A stretch of DNA of 32,000 bases from Candidatus Kuenenia stuttgartensis (lineage in GTDB: Bacteria > Planctomycetota > Brocadiia > Brocadiales > Brocadiaceae): assembly GCF_900232105.1 (NCBI RefSeq), contig NZ_LT934425.1:3450001-3482000 (forward strand). Direction: 5' to 3'. Both the position numbers and the translations under genes were made by a program. Shown piece by piece: positions 9,257-17,953 of the stretch (within the stretch, counting starts at the first letter, position 1; each line of letters starts with the position of its first letter). The notes under the pieces were generated by a model. It was not told where the DNA came from. It ran no database searches and was given only the letters and a program-made list of their open reading frames with translations.

Positions 9257-9293
9257 GGTCTGACTTCCGACTTCTGACTTCTGGCCTCTGACC
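9257..9293. repeat. Tandem heptamer tract (tgacttc-like, about 5 units)
   Basis: ggtctgacttccgacttctgacttctggcctctgacc lies between the aminotransferase stop and the cytochrome b start. It is related to the heptad tracts at 12808-12850. Confidence 0.7.
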
Positions 9294-9313
9294 ATAGATT
9301 TGTTTGACTGTAG

Positions 9314-10597
9314 TTAGCCATCTGATACTTTTGATAAAATTATCCCTAACACCATGCAAAGGTGGTCGATGTCGTTTTGTGTAATCACCAGAGGTGGTTG
9401 GAATGTGAGTACATTTCTTGATATACCTGTCCTGCCCGCAAGGATCCCCAGATCCTTTAACTGTTCCAAAATATTATCTGTTTCGTCAAACGCCGGGATT
9501 TTATCCTCTTTTACCAGCTCCACGCCCAGCATAAGGCCCATCCCTCTGACGTCGCCGATAATGCGGTATTTTTGCTGCAAATCGTTCAATGCGTTTTTAA
9601 AATAATCGCCCAGTTCTTTTGCCTTCTCAACAAGACGATAATTCTCAATGACGTCAATTGTGGCAAGTGCGGCGGTTGCTGATACGGGATTTCCCCCGGT
9701 TGTTGAAGCCCCGGGCCTGGTATATGCCGACGCAACAGCGTCATTGGTAATAAAAGCGCCCAGGGGTGTTCCGTTCGCCAATGCCTTTGCCATACACATA
9801 ATATCAGGCACAACGTCCCAATGTTCAATGGCAAACATTTTTCCGGTACGGCCAAAACCCGTCTGCACTTCATCTGTTATCAGGAGTACCTTATATTTAT
9901 TGAGAATCTCCCTTATGAGTTGAAAATACTCTGGAGGCGGTGTAATAATTCCCCCGTTTCCCTGTATAGGTTCAATTATTAAGGCGGCAAAATCTCCATC
10001 CCGTACAACATCCTCAAGACGTCTGGCGCACTTTAAATCGCAATTGGGATAGGTAAGGCCGTAGGCGCAGCGGTAACAGTATGCAGCGGGGATGTGTGTC
10101 ACATTACCGGATGGATACGGATCTGTCCTCCACATGGGAATGCCGGTAAGGTTCATCGTCAGCTTTGTACGTCCGTGAAGACCCTGCTCAATAGCGACAA
10201 ATTTGCTCTTTTTCGTAAATAACTGTGAGATAAGCGCAGCGCCTTCATTTGCCTCTGACCCGCTTGCGCAGAAAAACGACCGCTTTAGATTTCCCGGGGT
10301 AATCTCCGATAACTTCTCCGCAAGGTCTGCAATGGGTTGTGTCAGGTATATTGTCGTAGTATGTTGCAGCGTGTTTACCTGTGCACATATTTTTTCAACA
10401 ATTTCAGGATTGCAATGCCCCGCATTCATCACCGAGACGCCGCCATAAAGATCCAGATATTTTTTCCCTTTATGGTCATAAAGATATTGCATCTCTCCCC
10501 GGACGATCTGCATCGGCTTTTTATAAAAATGATAGACACAAGGAATAAGATATTCCTGTTTCTTTTGAAGAATGGCTTCAGGTCCTATGTAGTTCAC
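9314..10597 (-). CDS. Class-III PLP-dependent aminotransferase (acetylornithine/GABA/AGXT2-like family)
   Basis: 427-aa ORF. Motifs SGSEANEGA and DEVQTGFGRTG, with PLP-lysine context CMAKALANG. Confidence 0.9.
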   Translation of the reverse strand: MNYIGPEAILQKKQEYLIPCVYHFYKKPMQIVRGEMQYLYDHKGKKYLDLYGGVSVMNAGHCNPEIVEKICAQVNTLQHTTTIYLTQPIADLAEKLSEITPGNLKRSFFCASGSEANEGAALISQLFTKKSKFVAIEQGLHGRTKLTMNLTGIPMWRTDPYPSGNVTHIPAAYCYRCAYGLTYPNCDLKCARRLEDVVRDGDFAALIIEPIQGNGGIITPPPEYFQLIREILNKYKVLLITDEVQTGFGRTGKMFAIEHWDVVPDIMCMAKALANGTPLGAFITNDAVASAYTRPGASTTGGNPVSATAALATIDVIENYRLVEKAKELGDYFKNALNDLQQKYRIIGDVRGMGLMLGVELVKEDKIPAFDETDNILEQLKDLGILAGRTGISRNVLTFQPPLVITQNDIDHLCMVLGIILSKVSDG

Positions 10598-10656
10598 CGT
10601 TGTATGCCTCCGATTACTATTGAAATAATGTACGTGCGCGATTTAATTTGAAATTA

Positions 10657-10739
10657 CTAAGCTGGCATAGCAAGAGATGGACAAGCGAGAGAACAATCCT
10701 CAGTCCTCGATCGGCAATTTGCCGACTGCATTAAGAACA
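10657..10739. repeat. Leader repeat, copy 1 (ctaagctggcatagc...cctcagtcctc...cggcaatttgccg)
   Basis: About 85% identical over its first 52 nt to 12770-12821. It lies between the U32 stop and the aminotransferase start. Confidence 0.8.
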
Positions 10740-10744
10740 CCTCG

Positions 10745-12760
10745 CTATTTTATACTTCTCATTACCGCTGCAGTACTCCGGGAATGGGTTATGTCTTGTA
10801 CATATCCACCCAAATTAAACCCCCTCGGACTTTCTTTTGCCAGCATGTCCCAATCGCCTTCTTGTATTGGCAATGAAAGGCCGGAATATTCATTTGCAAT
10901 ATTTAAATACTTTCGATACAAGCCAACAAGGGTTTTTATGAAAGCCTCTTCATAATATTGCGCTTCGATCCTCAATACCTTTACGCCTGTTTGTACAAAT
11001 GCGCCAAGATACGGCAACACGCAAATATCCCTGGCGAGTAAAATGTGATTACGGCAGTATTGATCCGTTTCGATAGGGCGTATTTCACCTCTTTCATCTC
11101 TCAGCGCGTATCCCATGTATTGGCAGACCTGCCTGCAGTGATCTTTTTTATGTGACCTCGATGTAATCATGGCAGGGATACAATGTTCAAGAATCATGCC
11201 GGTAACAGGGCCATGGGCAACGCATTCAACGGGGACTGCTGCATTTTGTACCAATTGTTTCAGCGTTGAATAAGAACACTCCAGTGAAGCGGTGACGCCG
11301 CAAATCCCTCTTTTTTCTAAAAAGCGCAATGCGGTGGAGTTGAGTATGTTTAATGAATAATCCGCAATAGGTTTTAATCCATATTCTTTTGCCAATCTTG
11401 CGGTTCCAAGATTGTGAACAAGGACACCATCCACTTTCAGTGAAACGGCTTGCTCATACAGCCATCGAACGTCGTTCATTTCTATTGCGGTTGTTATGCG
11501 CGGAGTACCGAATCTTATTATTTTCCCTGCGTCTTTTGTCCTGTCACATGCTTCTTTCCGCAGTAGCTTTGTCCATACCTGTTTTCTAAACTGTGAGCCT
11601 TCCGCATTTACGATAATCTGGTCAGCGCCTTCATCCAACGCTGCAATCAAAGCGCTTATTGACCCTACGTTTACCGATAACTGAGGAATAACGGTTATTT
11701 CATGCTCCATAGAATAGTGTTCTGCCGTTTCGAAAGGATTATCATAGATATCTTCTTTTGCAAGCGACCTTTCTTTTGCCGCACGGCTTAAAAAAAGAGG
11801 TTCACGTTCCCCGGAAATATCAACAAGAGAAGCGGAGGATGGCGTAAAGGACATTGCCGTTGTAAAATCCCGTACACGGCTCTGATAAAGCTGCTCGTAT
11901 GATGAAGAATTCATGGCGTAGGACATTGGGTCATCCCTGTAAGTATCAATGGCGTGACGATAGATACCTACGATTTCTCTTAAATAATCTGCATGTCTCA
12001 TCCTCCCCTCGATCTTAAACGAGCATACACCGGCATGGATAAGGTCAGGGATGTGTTTCAGCAAACACATGTCTTTTATTGCAAGCAGATAACCGGAGGG
12101 CAAATTGCCTATTGTTTGTCCCGAATTACTTTCCACGAGCGTATAATGCCATCTGCATGGTTTCATACATTCGCCGCGATTCGCACTTTTGCCAAAAAGC
12201 ACTCCGCTGGAATAGCATTGTCCGCTATGGCAAATGCAAAGGTCGCCATGAATGAAGTACTCAACCTCGATGTCCGCCTTTTCATGGATTTCCTTTACAA
12301 GGGAAAGAGGGATATCCCTGGACGTAACAATACGTTTGACTCCCTGTTCCTTCAGCGTCAAGGCAGATTCAACATTATGAATGTTCATCATTGTGCTGAT
12401 GTGAATTGGTATCGAAACATCCATGTTTTGTATTGCATGAAGCACTCCCAAATCCTGGACTATTATTGCGTCAATGTGTATTTCCTGTAAAAATGCAAGG
12501 TAATTGGCGAGCGTTGCAAACTCTTCATTGCCGAGAAGGTTATTAACAGTAATATAGAGTTTTACATTTCTTGAGTGTGCGTATGTGACTGCCTCGGCAA
12601 TTTGTTCGTCGGTAAAATTAAAATCAGACCTGTGCAGTCTCATATTAAATCTCTTGCCGCCAATATAGACGGCATCCGCTCCCGATTCTATTACTGTGGT
12701 AAAAGCGTCCCATCGCCCGGCAGGCGCAAGCAGTTCAACGGTATTATTTATTTGTTTCAT
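10745..12760 (-). CDS. Peptidase U32 family protein with two tandem U32 modules (UbiU/UbiV-, RlhA-, TrhP-related)
   Basis: 671-aa ORF. The N-module has LLAPAG, GADAVYIGG and the near-canonical U32 signature EYFIHGDLCICHSGQCYSS, plus ECMKPC. The second module (residues about 350-671) has GADQIIVNA, VDGVLVHNLG, ECVAHGPVTGMILEHC and HCRQVC. Confidence 0.9.
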   Translation of the reverse strand: MKQINNTVELLAPAGRWDAFTTVIESGADAVYIGGKRFNMRLHRSDFNFTDEQIAEAVTYAHSRNVKLYITVNNLLGNEEFATLANYLAFLQEIHIDAIIVQDLGVLHAIQNMDVSIPIHISTMMNIHNVESALTLKEQGVKRIVTSRDIPLSLVKEIHEKADIEVEYFIHGDLCICHSGQCYSSGVLFGKSANRGECMKPCRWHYTLVESNSGQTIGNLPSGYLLAIKDMCLLKHIPDLIHAGVCSFKIEGRMRHADYLREIVGIYRHAIDTYRDDPMSYAMNSSSYEQLYQSRVRDFTTAMSFTPSSASLVDISGEREPLFLSRAAKERSLAKEDIYDNPFETAEHYSMEHEITVIPQLSVNVGSISALIAALDEGADQIIVNAEGSQFRKQVWTKLLRKEACDRTKDAGKIIRFGTPRITTAIEMNDVRWLYEQAVSLKVDGVLVHNLGTARLAKEYGLKPIADYSLNILNSTALRFLEKRGICGVTASLECSYSTLKQLVQNAAVPVECVAHGPVTGMILEHCIPAMITSRSHKKDHCRQVCQYMGYALRDERGEIRPIETDQYCRNHILLARDICVLPYLGAFVQTGVKVLRIEAQYYEEAFIKTLVGLYRKYLNIANEYSGLSLPIQEGDWDMLAKESPRGFNLGGYVQDITHSRSTAAVMRSIK

Positions 12761-12769
12761 ACTATCCCC

Positions 12770-12922
12770 CTAAGCTGGCATAGCCAGAAATAAACAAGCG
12801 AGAAAACGGTCCTCAGTCTTCAGTTCTCAATCCTCAATCCTCAGTCCTCAATCGGCAATTTGCCGATTGCCGATTGCCGACTGCCGACGGTAGATTTTAG
12901 ATTGCCGACGGCATAAGAGACC
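12770..12922. repeat. Leader repeat, copy 2, expanded by heptad (ctcaatc/ctcagtc) and gccgattgccga reiterations
   Basis: Starts 9 nt upstream of the U32 ATG. It has the same 5' module as 10657-10739, followed by an expanded cctcagtc/ctcaatc tract and the cggcaatttgccg hairpin. Confidence 0.8.
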
Positions 12923-12957
12923 ATTAAATATTTCGCCAAAAAAATGCTAAGAAAAAA

Positions 12958-13239
12958 CGTAACTATTCAGCGTAAACGATACACGGCTCGTTCCCAAACT
13001 CCAGTTTGGGAATGCATTTGTTCGAGAAACTCCGGTTTCTCGCCTGTTTGCTGATAGATAGGGAATAAAATTACAGGGTTAAGACAGTTTGTAATTTGTC
13101 AAGTCAGACCCTCACTGGAAACAAAGTTTCCAGTGCAATTGCGTTCCCAAACAGATACTTCACTATGTTCAGTACAAGGTTTGGGAACAAGTTGCGCTCT
13201 GATCTCCGGTAGTTTAATAAATTACGCTGAATAGTTACG
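12958..13239. mobile_element. 282-bp MITE-like element with perfect 18-bp terminal inverted repeats and hairpin cargo
   Basis: cgtaactattcagcgtaa (12958-12975) is the exact reverse complement of ttacgctgaatagttacg (13222-13239). The interior carries hairpins ttcccaaactccagtttgggaa, cgagaaactccggtttctcg, cactggaaacaaagtttccagtg and gttcccaaac...gtttgggaac. There is no ORF. Confidence 0.85.
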
Positions 13240-13275
13240 AAATTACTGATAAGGCACTAATGAACTATCTCTTTG

Positions 13276-14538
13276 TTAATAAACCCCAATTTTGGCATTT
13301 GATGCAAGACCGGGTAATAGTGTTGGATTTTTAATGCCGTCCTGGAAAATGCCGAGCGATTTTGCCGTTTTTGTCGGTGCAATACGCACGGCTTCATCCC
13401 TTTCAAACATATTTGGTATAAAAAAAGATTCATCAAGTCTATGGCATACTATCTGTCCTTTTTCCCCATACTCAACAATGTGGTTAAGCCGGTTTTTATC
13501 CGGCCGGATACCGTCTTTTGTTGAAATGCACTGCACTACCATACGGGGGCCTGGTGGAAAATACTCCAAATCCCCGTTCATTGAAGCCTCAAGCTCCATG
13601 CACAAACCAAAAAGGGTATTTCCATACCCTGCAATATGCACCGCATTAGGGAAAAGATGCTCTCTGAAATTATTGTATTGTTCCGGTAGTATGGATACCC
13701 CGCCGTAATGAACGCCGCGTATCCGCATCCGTTGTTCCTGATTCATTTCTGCTGCCAGTCGTTCCAGTAAAGGGGGGGTTGTATAAAGAACTTCTATGTG
13801 CTGGCGCTGTAATATATCAAGCGTCTGTTCAATTATGTGGTTAATATATCGTTTGTATCCCAGTGACCCAGGGGCTAATTTTTTTAGCCAGCGGGGGTCA
13901 AGGTCTATGGAAAATGGATCCATACTCCCCATGCTGTTGGCAACAGGACCTACTGCCTTTCCTATAATATGAGGCCCCCCGGGCCCTGCCCACAGCCAGT
14001 TTGCCTTCTTGGGGAATCCTCTTTTTTCTGCGATATATCTGAACCAGTCCACAAATATTACCGCAAACTCTTCTTTTAGATATGCAGTCACTTTCGGCTG
14101 ACCAGTCGTTCCCGCAGTTTCCCCCAAAATAAACTGCGCCTTGTTTTTAAGATAAAGATGCGGAATGAAATACTCCAATGGAAAACGGCGAAGGTCATTT
14201 TCTTCCATAGGGCCAATCAACCGCAGGTCTTCAAATGATAAAATATCTTTTCTCGCGTCAATCCCTGCTTCTTTTTCCTTTTGAAGCCAGTACGGCGAAC
14301 CATTGTATGGATCGAAATGGAGAGAGACAATATATCGTACCCATGCATCTAAAGGCATCCCATACCATTTGGCGCTCTGGAGAGGTAAAAGAGCCGAATG
14401 CTGATTTGCGGCAACGCTTGCCTCCTCCTGTCCATTGTGAAAATCATATGGCACACTTTTCCGTTGTGAATTTCCCACCAGGTACGGAATCACGTTGTCA
14501 GTTGTTATCGTATTTTTTTTATCTTGTTCTAAAAACAT
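13276..14538 (-). CDS. PaaK / coenzyme-F390-synthetase-like adenylate-forming enzyme
   Basis: 420-aa ORF. The adenylation P-loop-like motif GETAGTTGQPK resembles the SSGTTGKP motif of phenylacetate-CoA ligase-type ANL enzymes. The substrate cannot be inferred. Confidence 0.7.
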   Translation of the reverse strand: MFLEQDKKNTITTDNVIPYLVGNSQRKSVPYDFHNGQEEASVAANQHSALLPLQSAKWYGMPLDAWVRYIVSLHFDPYNGSPYWLQKEKEAGIDARKDILSFEDLRLIGPMEENDLRRFPLEYFIPHLYLKNKAQFILGETAGTTGQPKVTAYLKEEFAVIFVDWFRYIAEKRGFPKKANWLWAGPGGPHIIGKAVGPVANSMGSMDPFSIDLDPRWLKKLAPGSLGYKRYINHIIEQTLDILQRQHIEVLYTTPPLLERLAAEMNQEQRMRIRGVHYGGVSILPEQYNNFREHLFPNAVHIAGYGNTLFGLCMELEASMNGDLEYFPPGPRMVVQCISTKDGIRPDKNRLNHIVEYGEKGQIVCHRLDESFFIPNMFERDEAVRIAPTKTAKSLGIFQDGIKNPTLLPGLASNAKIGVY

Positions 14539-14643
14539 AGTAGTTATTCACCAACTGAATATTAATTTTCAAACCATGCAACTCATGTTACGTAGTAAGA
14601 AATACGAAAGATGCACTTGTTTAGCATTTCAATTATTTTGTCA

Positions 14644-16923
14644 TTAGAATTTGTTTCGGATTTCACCAGTATTTGGTTTCAACAGCATCAGGCAGCTTGG
14701 CGATAGTAACAAATCTGATACCAGTGCGCTGAGCATTGTAATACCGGTAAGTACACCAAAATATTGTATCGGTTTAAAACTGGAAAAGGAGAATACCATA
14801 AACCCAAATGCGGCGGTTATTGAGGTAAAAACGGCAGCCCTTCCCACCCTGAACATCGTGCGGCAGACAGCTTCCTGATAATTGCCGTCAAGGGATAATT
14901 CTTTCCTGAATCGATAAAATATATGTATCGTGTCATCCACCGATATTCCCAGTGCAATGCTTGCTATCATAATGGTAGCTGCATCGAGTCTCATGCCGGC
15001 AAATCCCATCAGGCCAAGCGTCACCGTTATGGGAATCAGATTGGGAATAACACTGACAAGACCTAGCCTCACCGATTTCAGTACGATGGTTGTGGCAATA
15101 AACATAAGAATAAATGCCAGGGAAAACGAGTAAATCTCGCTTCGGAGAATATTGTCCTGTACATTGATCAAAAGCGGAACAATCCCCGTTACGTGCCATG
15201 ACAGTGAAGCCGTGTTTAAACGGGTATCTATGAATGCTTTTACTGATTCAATGATGGCTTGATATCTGTTTGAACCGACTTGTTTCATCCTTACGGAAAC
15301 CCTCGCGTCGGAATGTTCCTTAGTATAAAGGGTATCAACATAGGTATCGCCGTATAGGGAAGCAAGTTTTACGTAATCCGCAGAACGCTTTTCCGATGCA
15401 GGCAGTGTGTAATATTCTTTTTTATTATTATTGAGTATCTGGTGTGTTTTCATAATGTAGTCAGCGATAGAAATTGAATGTGTTATTTCAGGTATTCCGC
15501 GCAGATGTTTTTGCAGTGCAACAACAGCATTCAGGATATTTGGTTGAAATATACTTGTGCCGGCGGACGTTTCGGCAACAATCTCAACAGGTAGCAAACC
15601 CGTTAGATGTTTTTCAATATATTTATTGTCCCTTGCAATACTGCTCTTTTTCGGGAAAGAGGTCATAAGGTCTGATTCCAGCCTGAGTTTTGTAATACCG
15701 ATTACCGAAATAATGAAAACAGCAAAACCTGCTGAAAGAAGGATCGTTTTGTTCTTCACCGTAAACTGCCCTATTTTAAAGAACAAGGGTAGTGCATAGT
15801 CATTGCGGGAGGAGACATTCACACTGCGCTCCTTCTGCAGGGGAATAAAAGAAAGCAGTATTGGCACAAGCGTTATACTGACGACATACGAAAGAATCGC
15901 ACTGCCGCTCATAAATAAGCCGGTGGTAAATACGGGGGGAATGCTGCTCGTCATGAGTGACGCAAAACCAATGGCAGTGGTAATACTTGCCATAAGAACC
16001 GGAATGCTGACGTGCTGCAGTGTTTCGTAAATCCGCCTTTCGTGGTAATAGTAATTAATTAACCGGATAGAGGTTGAAAGTGAAATGATAAACGTCAGCG
16101 GGAGCAGCATGTTTGCTATCATATTCATTGTATGACCCATTAATACAAATATTCCTGTAATCCATGTAATGCAGACGCCTACCGTTACAACAGGGATTAC
16201 TACCCCTGAAACAGTACGAAACAAACATCCCAGCACAACAATGGATACGACAAACATCAGGGGAGTAAATTTCTCCATGTCTTTTTTTGACATACGGTCA
16301 AGTTCTGCATTTACCACCGACGGTCCCGCAAGATAATACGGGCGTTGTTTTTTTGTGGTAGCAGCAGATTTCACACCTGTTTCTTTAAGTACTTTTTTTA
16401 CATCAGCCACCAGTTTCTTTCGTGCTTCAGGGCCTGCGCATTTTACCGTTGCTACAATTGCCGTGGTTCTGCCGTTTTTGGAAATAATCGTATTCTGGTA
16501 AACAGGATCAGTGCGTACCTCCTGTTTAAAGACGTTCATTACCGAACGGCGCCCATATGTCTTCAGCTTTTCCTTAAAAAGCGGCGATGTGACCTTGCTT
16601 TTAAATACATCCGCCAGTGAGGCAACGGTGACGATACCATCGAGGTTTTTTATCTTTCCGGCAAGCGTACTGATCTGCTGCATATATTCCCGGCTAAAAA
16701 GATTGACCGCACTGAATGCAACCACCAGAAACTCTTCGTCCCCGAATTTCTTTAAAAACTCATTGTAGTACGCTAAATCTTTATCATCTTCTGAAAGCCA
16801 GATTTCTATGGAATTGTCCGTCTTCATCCCTTTGGCAAAGAAACCTAAAAAAGCGGTGATGATGAAAAAACACACCAAAATGGCTATTCTGTAAGAAAGA
16901 AGTATGTGAAGATATCTTTTCAC
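14644..16923 (-). CDS. MMPL/RND-superfamily membrane exporter (sterol-sensing-domain type)
   Basis: 759-aa ORF. Topology is an N-terminal TM helix, a large soluble loop, a hydrophobic bundle, a second loop and a second bundle. Motif ALGISVDDTIHIFYRF is typical of MMPL/HpnN-like transporters. Confidence 0.9.
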   Translation of the reverse strand: MKRYLHILLSYRIAILVCFFIITAFLGFFAKGMKTDNSIEIWLSEDDKDLAYYNEFLKKFGDEEFLVVAFSAVNLFSREYMQQISTLAGKIKNLDGIVTVASLADVFKSKVTSPLFKEKLKTYGRRSVMNVFKQEVRTDPVYQNTIISKNGRTTAIVATVKCAGPEARKKLVADVKKVLKETGVKSAATTKKQRPYYLAGPSVVNAELDRMSKKDMEKFTPLMFVVSIVVLGCLFRTVSGVVIPVVTVGVCITWITGIFVLMGHTMNMIANMLLPLTFIISLSTSIRLINYYYHERRIYETLQHVSIPVLMASITTAIGFASLMTSSIPPVFTTGLFMSGSAILSYVVSITLVPILLSFIPLQKERSVNVSSRNDYALPLFFKIGQFTVKNKTILLSAGFAVFIISVIGITKLRLESDLMTSFPKKSSIARDNKYIEKHLTGLLPVEIVAETSAGTSIFQPNILNAVVALQKHLRGIPEITHSISIADYIMKTHQILNNNKKEYYTLPASEKRSADYVKLASLYGDTYVDTLYTKEHSDARVSVRMKQVGSNRYQAIIESVKAFIDTRLNTASLSWHVTGIVPLLINVQDNILRSEIYSFSLAFILMFIATTIVLKSVRLGLVSVIPNLIPITVTLGLMGFAGMRLDAATIMIASIALGISVDDTIHIFYRFRKELSLDGNYQEAVCRTMFRVGRAAVFTSITAAFGFMVFSFSSFKPIQYFGVLTGITMLSALVSDLLLSPSCLMLLKPNTGEIRNKF

Positions 16924-16935
16924 GGTATTTTAAAA

Positions 16936-17502
16936 TTAATGACAAAAATTACAGCTTTTCGAACTAATCTCCATCGTGTTGGCAACCAGTTTCCCATTTT
17001 TAACGGAAGCGTTTACATACACCTGTACCCCCGATACCATGTTATCAAATGAAATCTTTCTGGAACTCATAGTAACGCTGGAGAGACTGCTGGCGTCAAT
17101 TTCCTGTCCGAGGAGTTCAAAGGTTTTTTTTGACGTATTTACCTGCCTGGTTTCTCCGGAAAATTTTCCGTCATATTTTTTATTCAGTTTTACCGGTTCT
17201 TTCACCTTGCTTGCCTCAATAACACTTGAACTGCCTGCATCTCCCTTTACCTTCACTGTATCGCCCACTTTAAGGTCGGCAAGTGTCGGGTCATCAACTC
17301 CTTTTATACGTAGCTTTGCATCGATGCAATTTACCTCCACGAGATCATCCATCAACATGATTGTTTCATTCGTCTCGTCAAGACTGCTGATCTTCCCAAC
17401 CATCGCACCTTTTTTTGCCGCATAGAGAGGGAATGCAGCGGCTAGAGTAAACATGCCGGCAATTATGGTGTTGAGTGTGATACGTTTCATGTGCGTTAAC
17501 AT
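16936..17502 (-). CDS. Secreted protein with two OB-fold (DUF5666/BOF-like) repeats and a C-terminal CNFCH
   Basis: ORF trimmed to the ATG at 17502, which has AAAGGAG 8 nt upstream. Signal peptide MLTHMKRITLNTIIAGMFTLAAAFPLYA. Repeats GKISSLD...VGDTVKVKG and ...VQVYVNASVKNGKLVA. The stop lies 12 nt before the MMPL start. Confidence 0.7.
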   Translation of the reverse strand: MLTHMKRITLNTIIAGMFTLAAAFPLYAAKKGAMVGKISSLDETNETIMLMDDLVEVNCIDAKLRIKGVDDPTLADLKVGDTVKVKGDAGSSSVIEASKVKEPVKLNKKYDGKFSGETRQVNTSKKTFELLGQEIDASSLSSVTMSSRKISFDNMVSGVQVYVNASVKNGKLVANTMEISSKSCNFCH

Positions 17503-17780
17503 ACTTTTTTCTCCTTTTGTTAAAAATGTTTTTTTAATATTTGTTTTGCAGGTCAAATAGAACCAATACTTCGCGGGTTTAGGTTTGTAATCTGAACCAA
17601 ATGTTTTATACTTCCAATCCAGCTTTCTATTAGCAGAAAAATGACAAATAAATTCCAGATGCCAAACAGGGATTTTTACAGCGGTACATGGCCCCATTAT
17701 ACGCATAAACTCATAGGCTCAGGTTGCAAACCTGAACCTGCCTGGATTTTTGCAAAAGCAAAAATGTTCGTTCCCGAGTA

Positions 17781-17906
17781 GGGTGCATGCCTGATTTTTT
17801 GTGACTTCCGCCATGTTTTAATGAAACGTTGCCGTAGTGTTAACCCTGACAGGGTTGTGTCGTCCTGACCCCCATGAATAGCTACAAAAAATCGGGAATG
17901 TTCTCC
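17781..17906. mobile_element. Short member of the gcattcccgattttttgt ('EHSRFFV') inverted-repeat family
   Basis: gggtgcatgcctgattttttgt (17781-17802) and acaaaaaatcgggaatgttctcc (17884-17906) are inverted copies of the repeat that bounds 24271-25395 and 31261-31629. Confidence 0.7.
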
Positions 17907-17953
17907 ACGAGTAGTGACAAAGCACGCCTTGCCGCTACAATACATAATTATTT

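Noticed and set aside
9216-9359. N-terminal extension of the cytochrome b ORF
   Set aside because: It overlaps the aminotransferase 3' end and the heptad repeat. The internal ATG at 9215 has an AGGAGG upstream.
11993-12490. Long ORFs inside established genes, either antisense or in another frame of the same strand (11993-12490, 13292-13708, 16976-17425, 20154-20696, 22107-22520, 29080-29484 and the many shorter ones in the track)
   Set aside because: They lie entirely within strongly supported genes on the opposite strand or in another frame. They have odd composition and no motifs, and are typical shadow ORFs.
12771-12790. Sigma-54 promoter at ctggcatagccag
   Set aside because: The GG-to-GC spacing does not fit TGGCAC-N5-TTGC on either strand. 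The sequence is a 5-bp hairpin within a repeat.
17503-17706. N-terminal extension of the OB-fold protein ORF
   Set aside because: The internal ATG at 17502 has a good RBS and yields a canonical signal peptide, whereas the extension has no signal or domain features.
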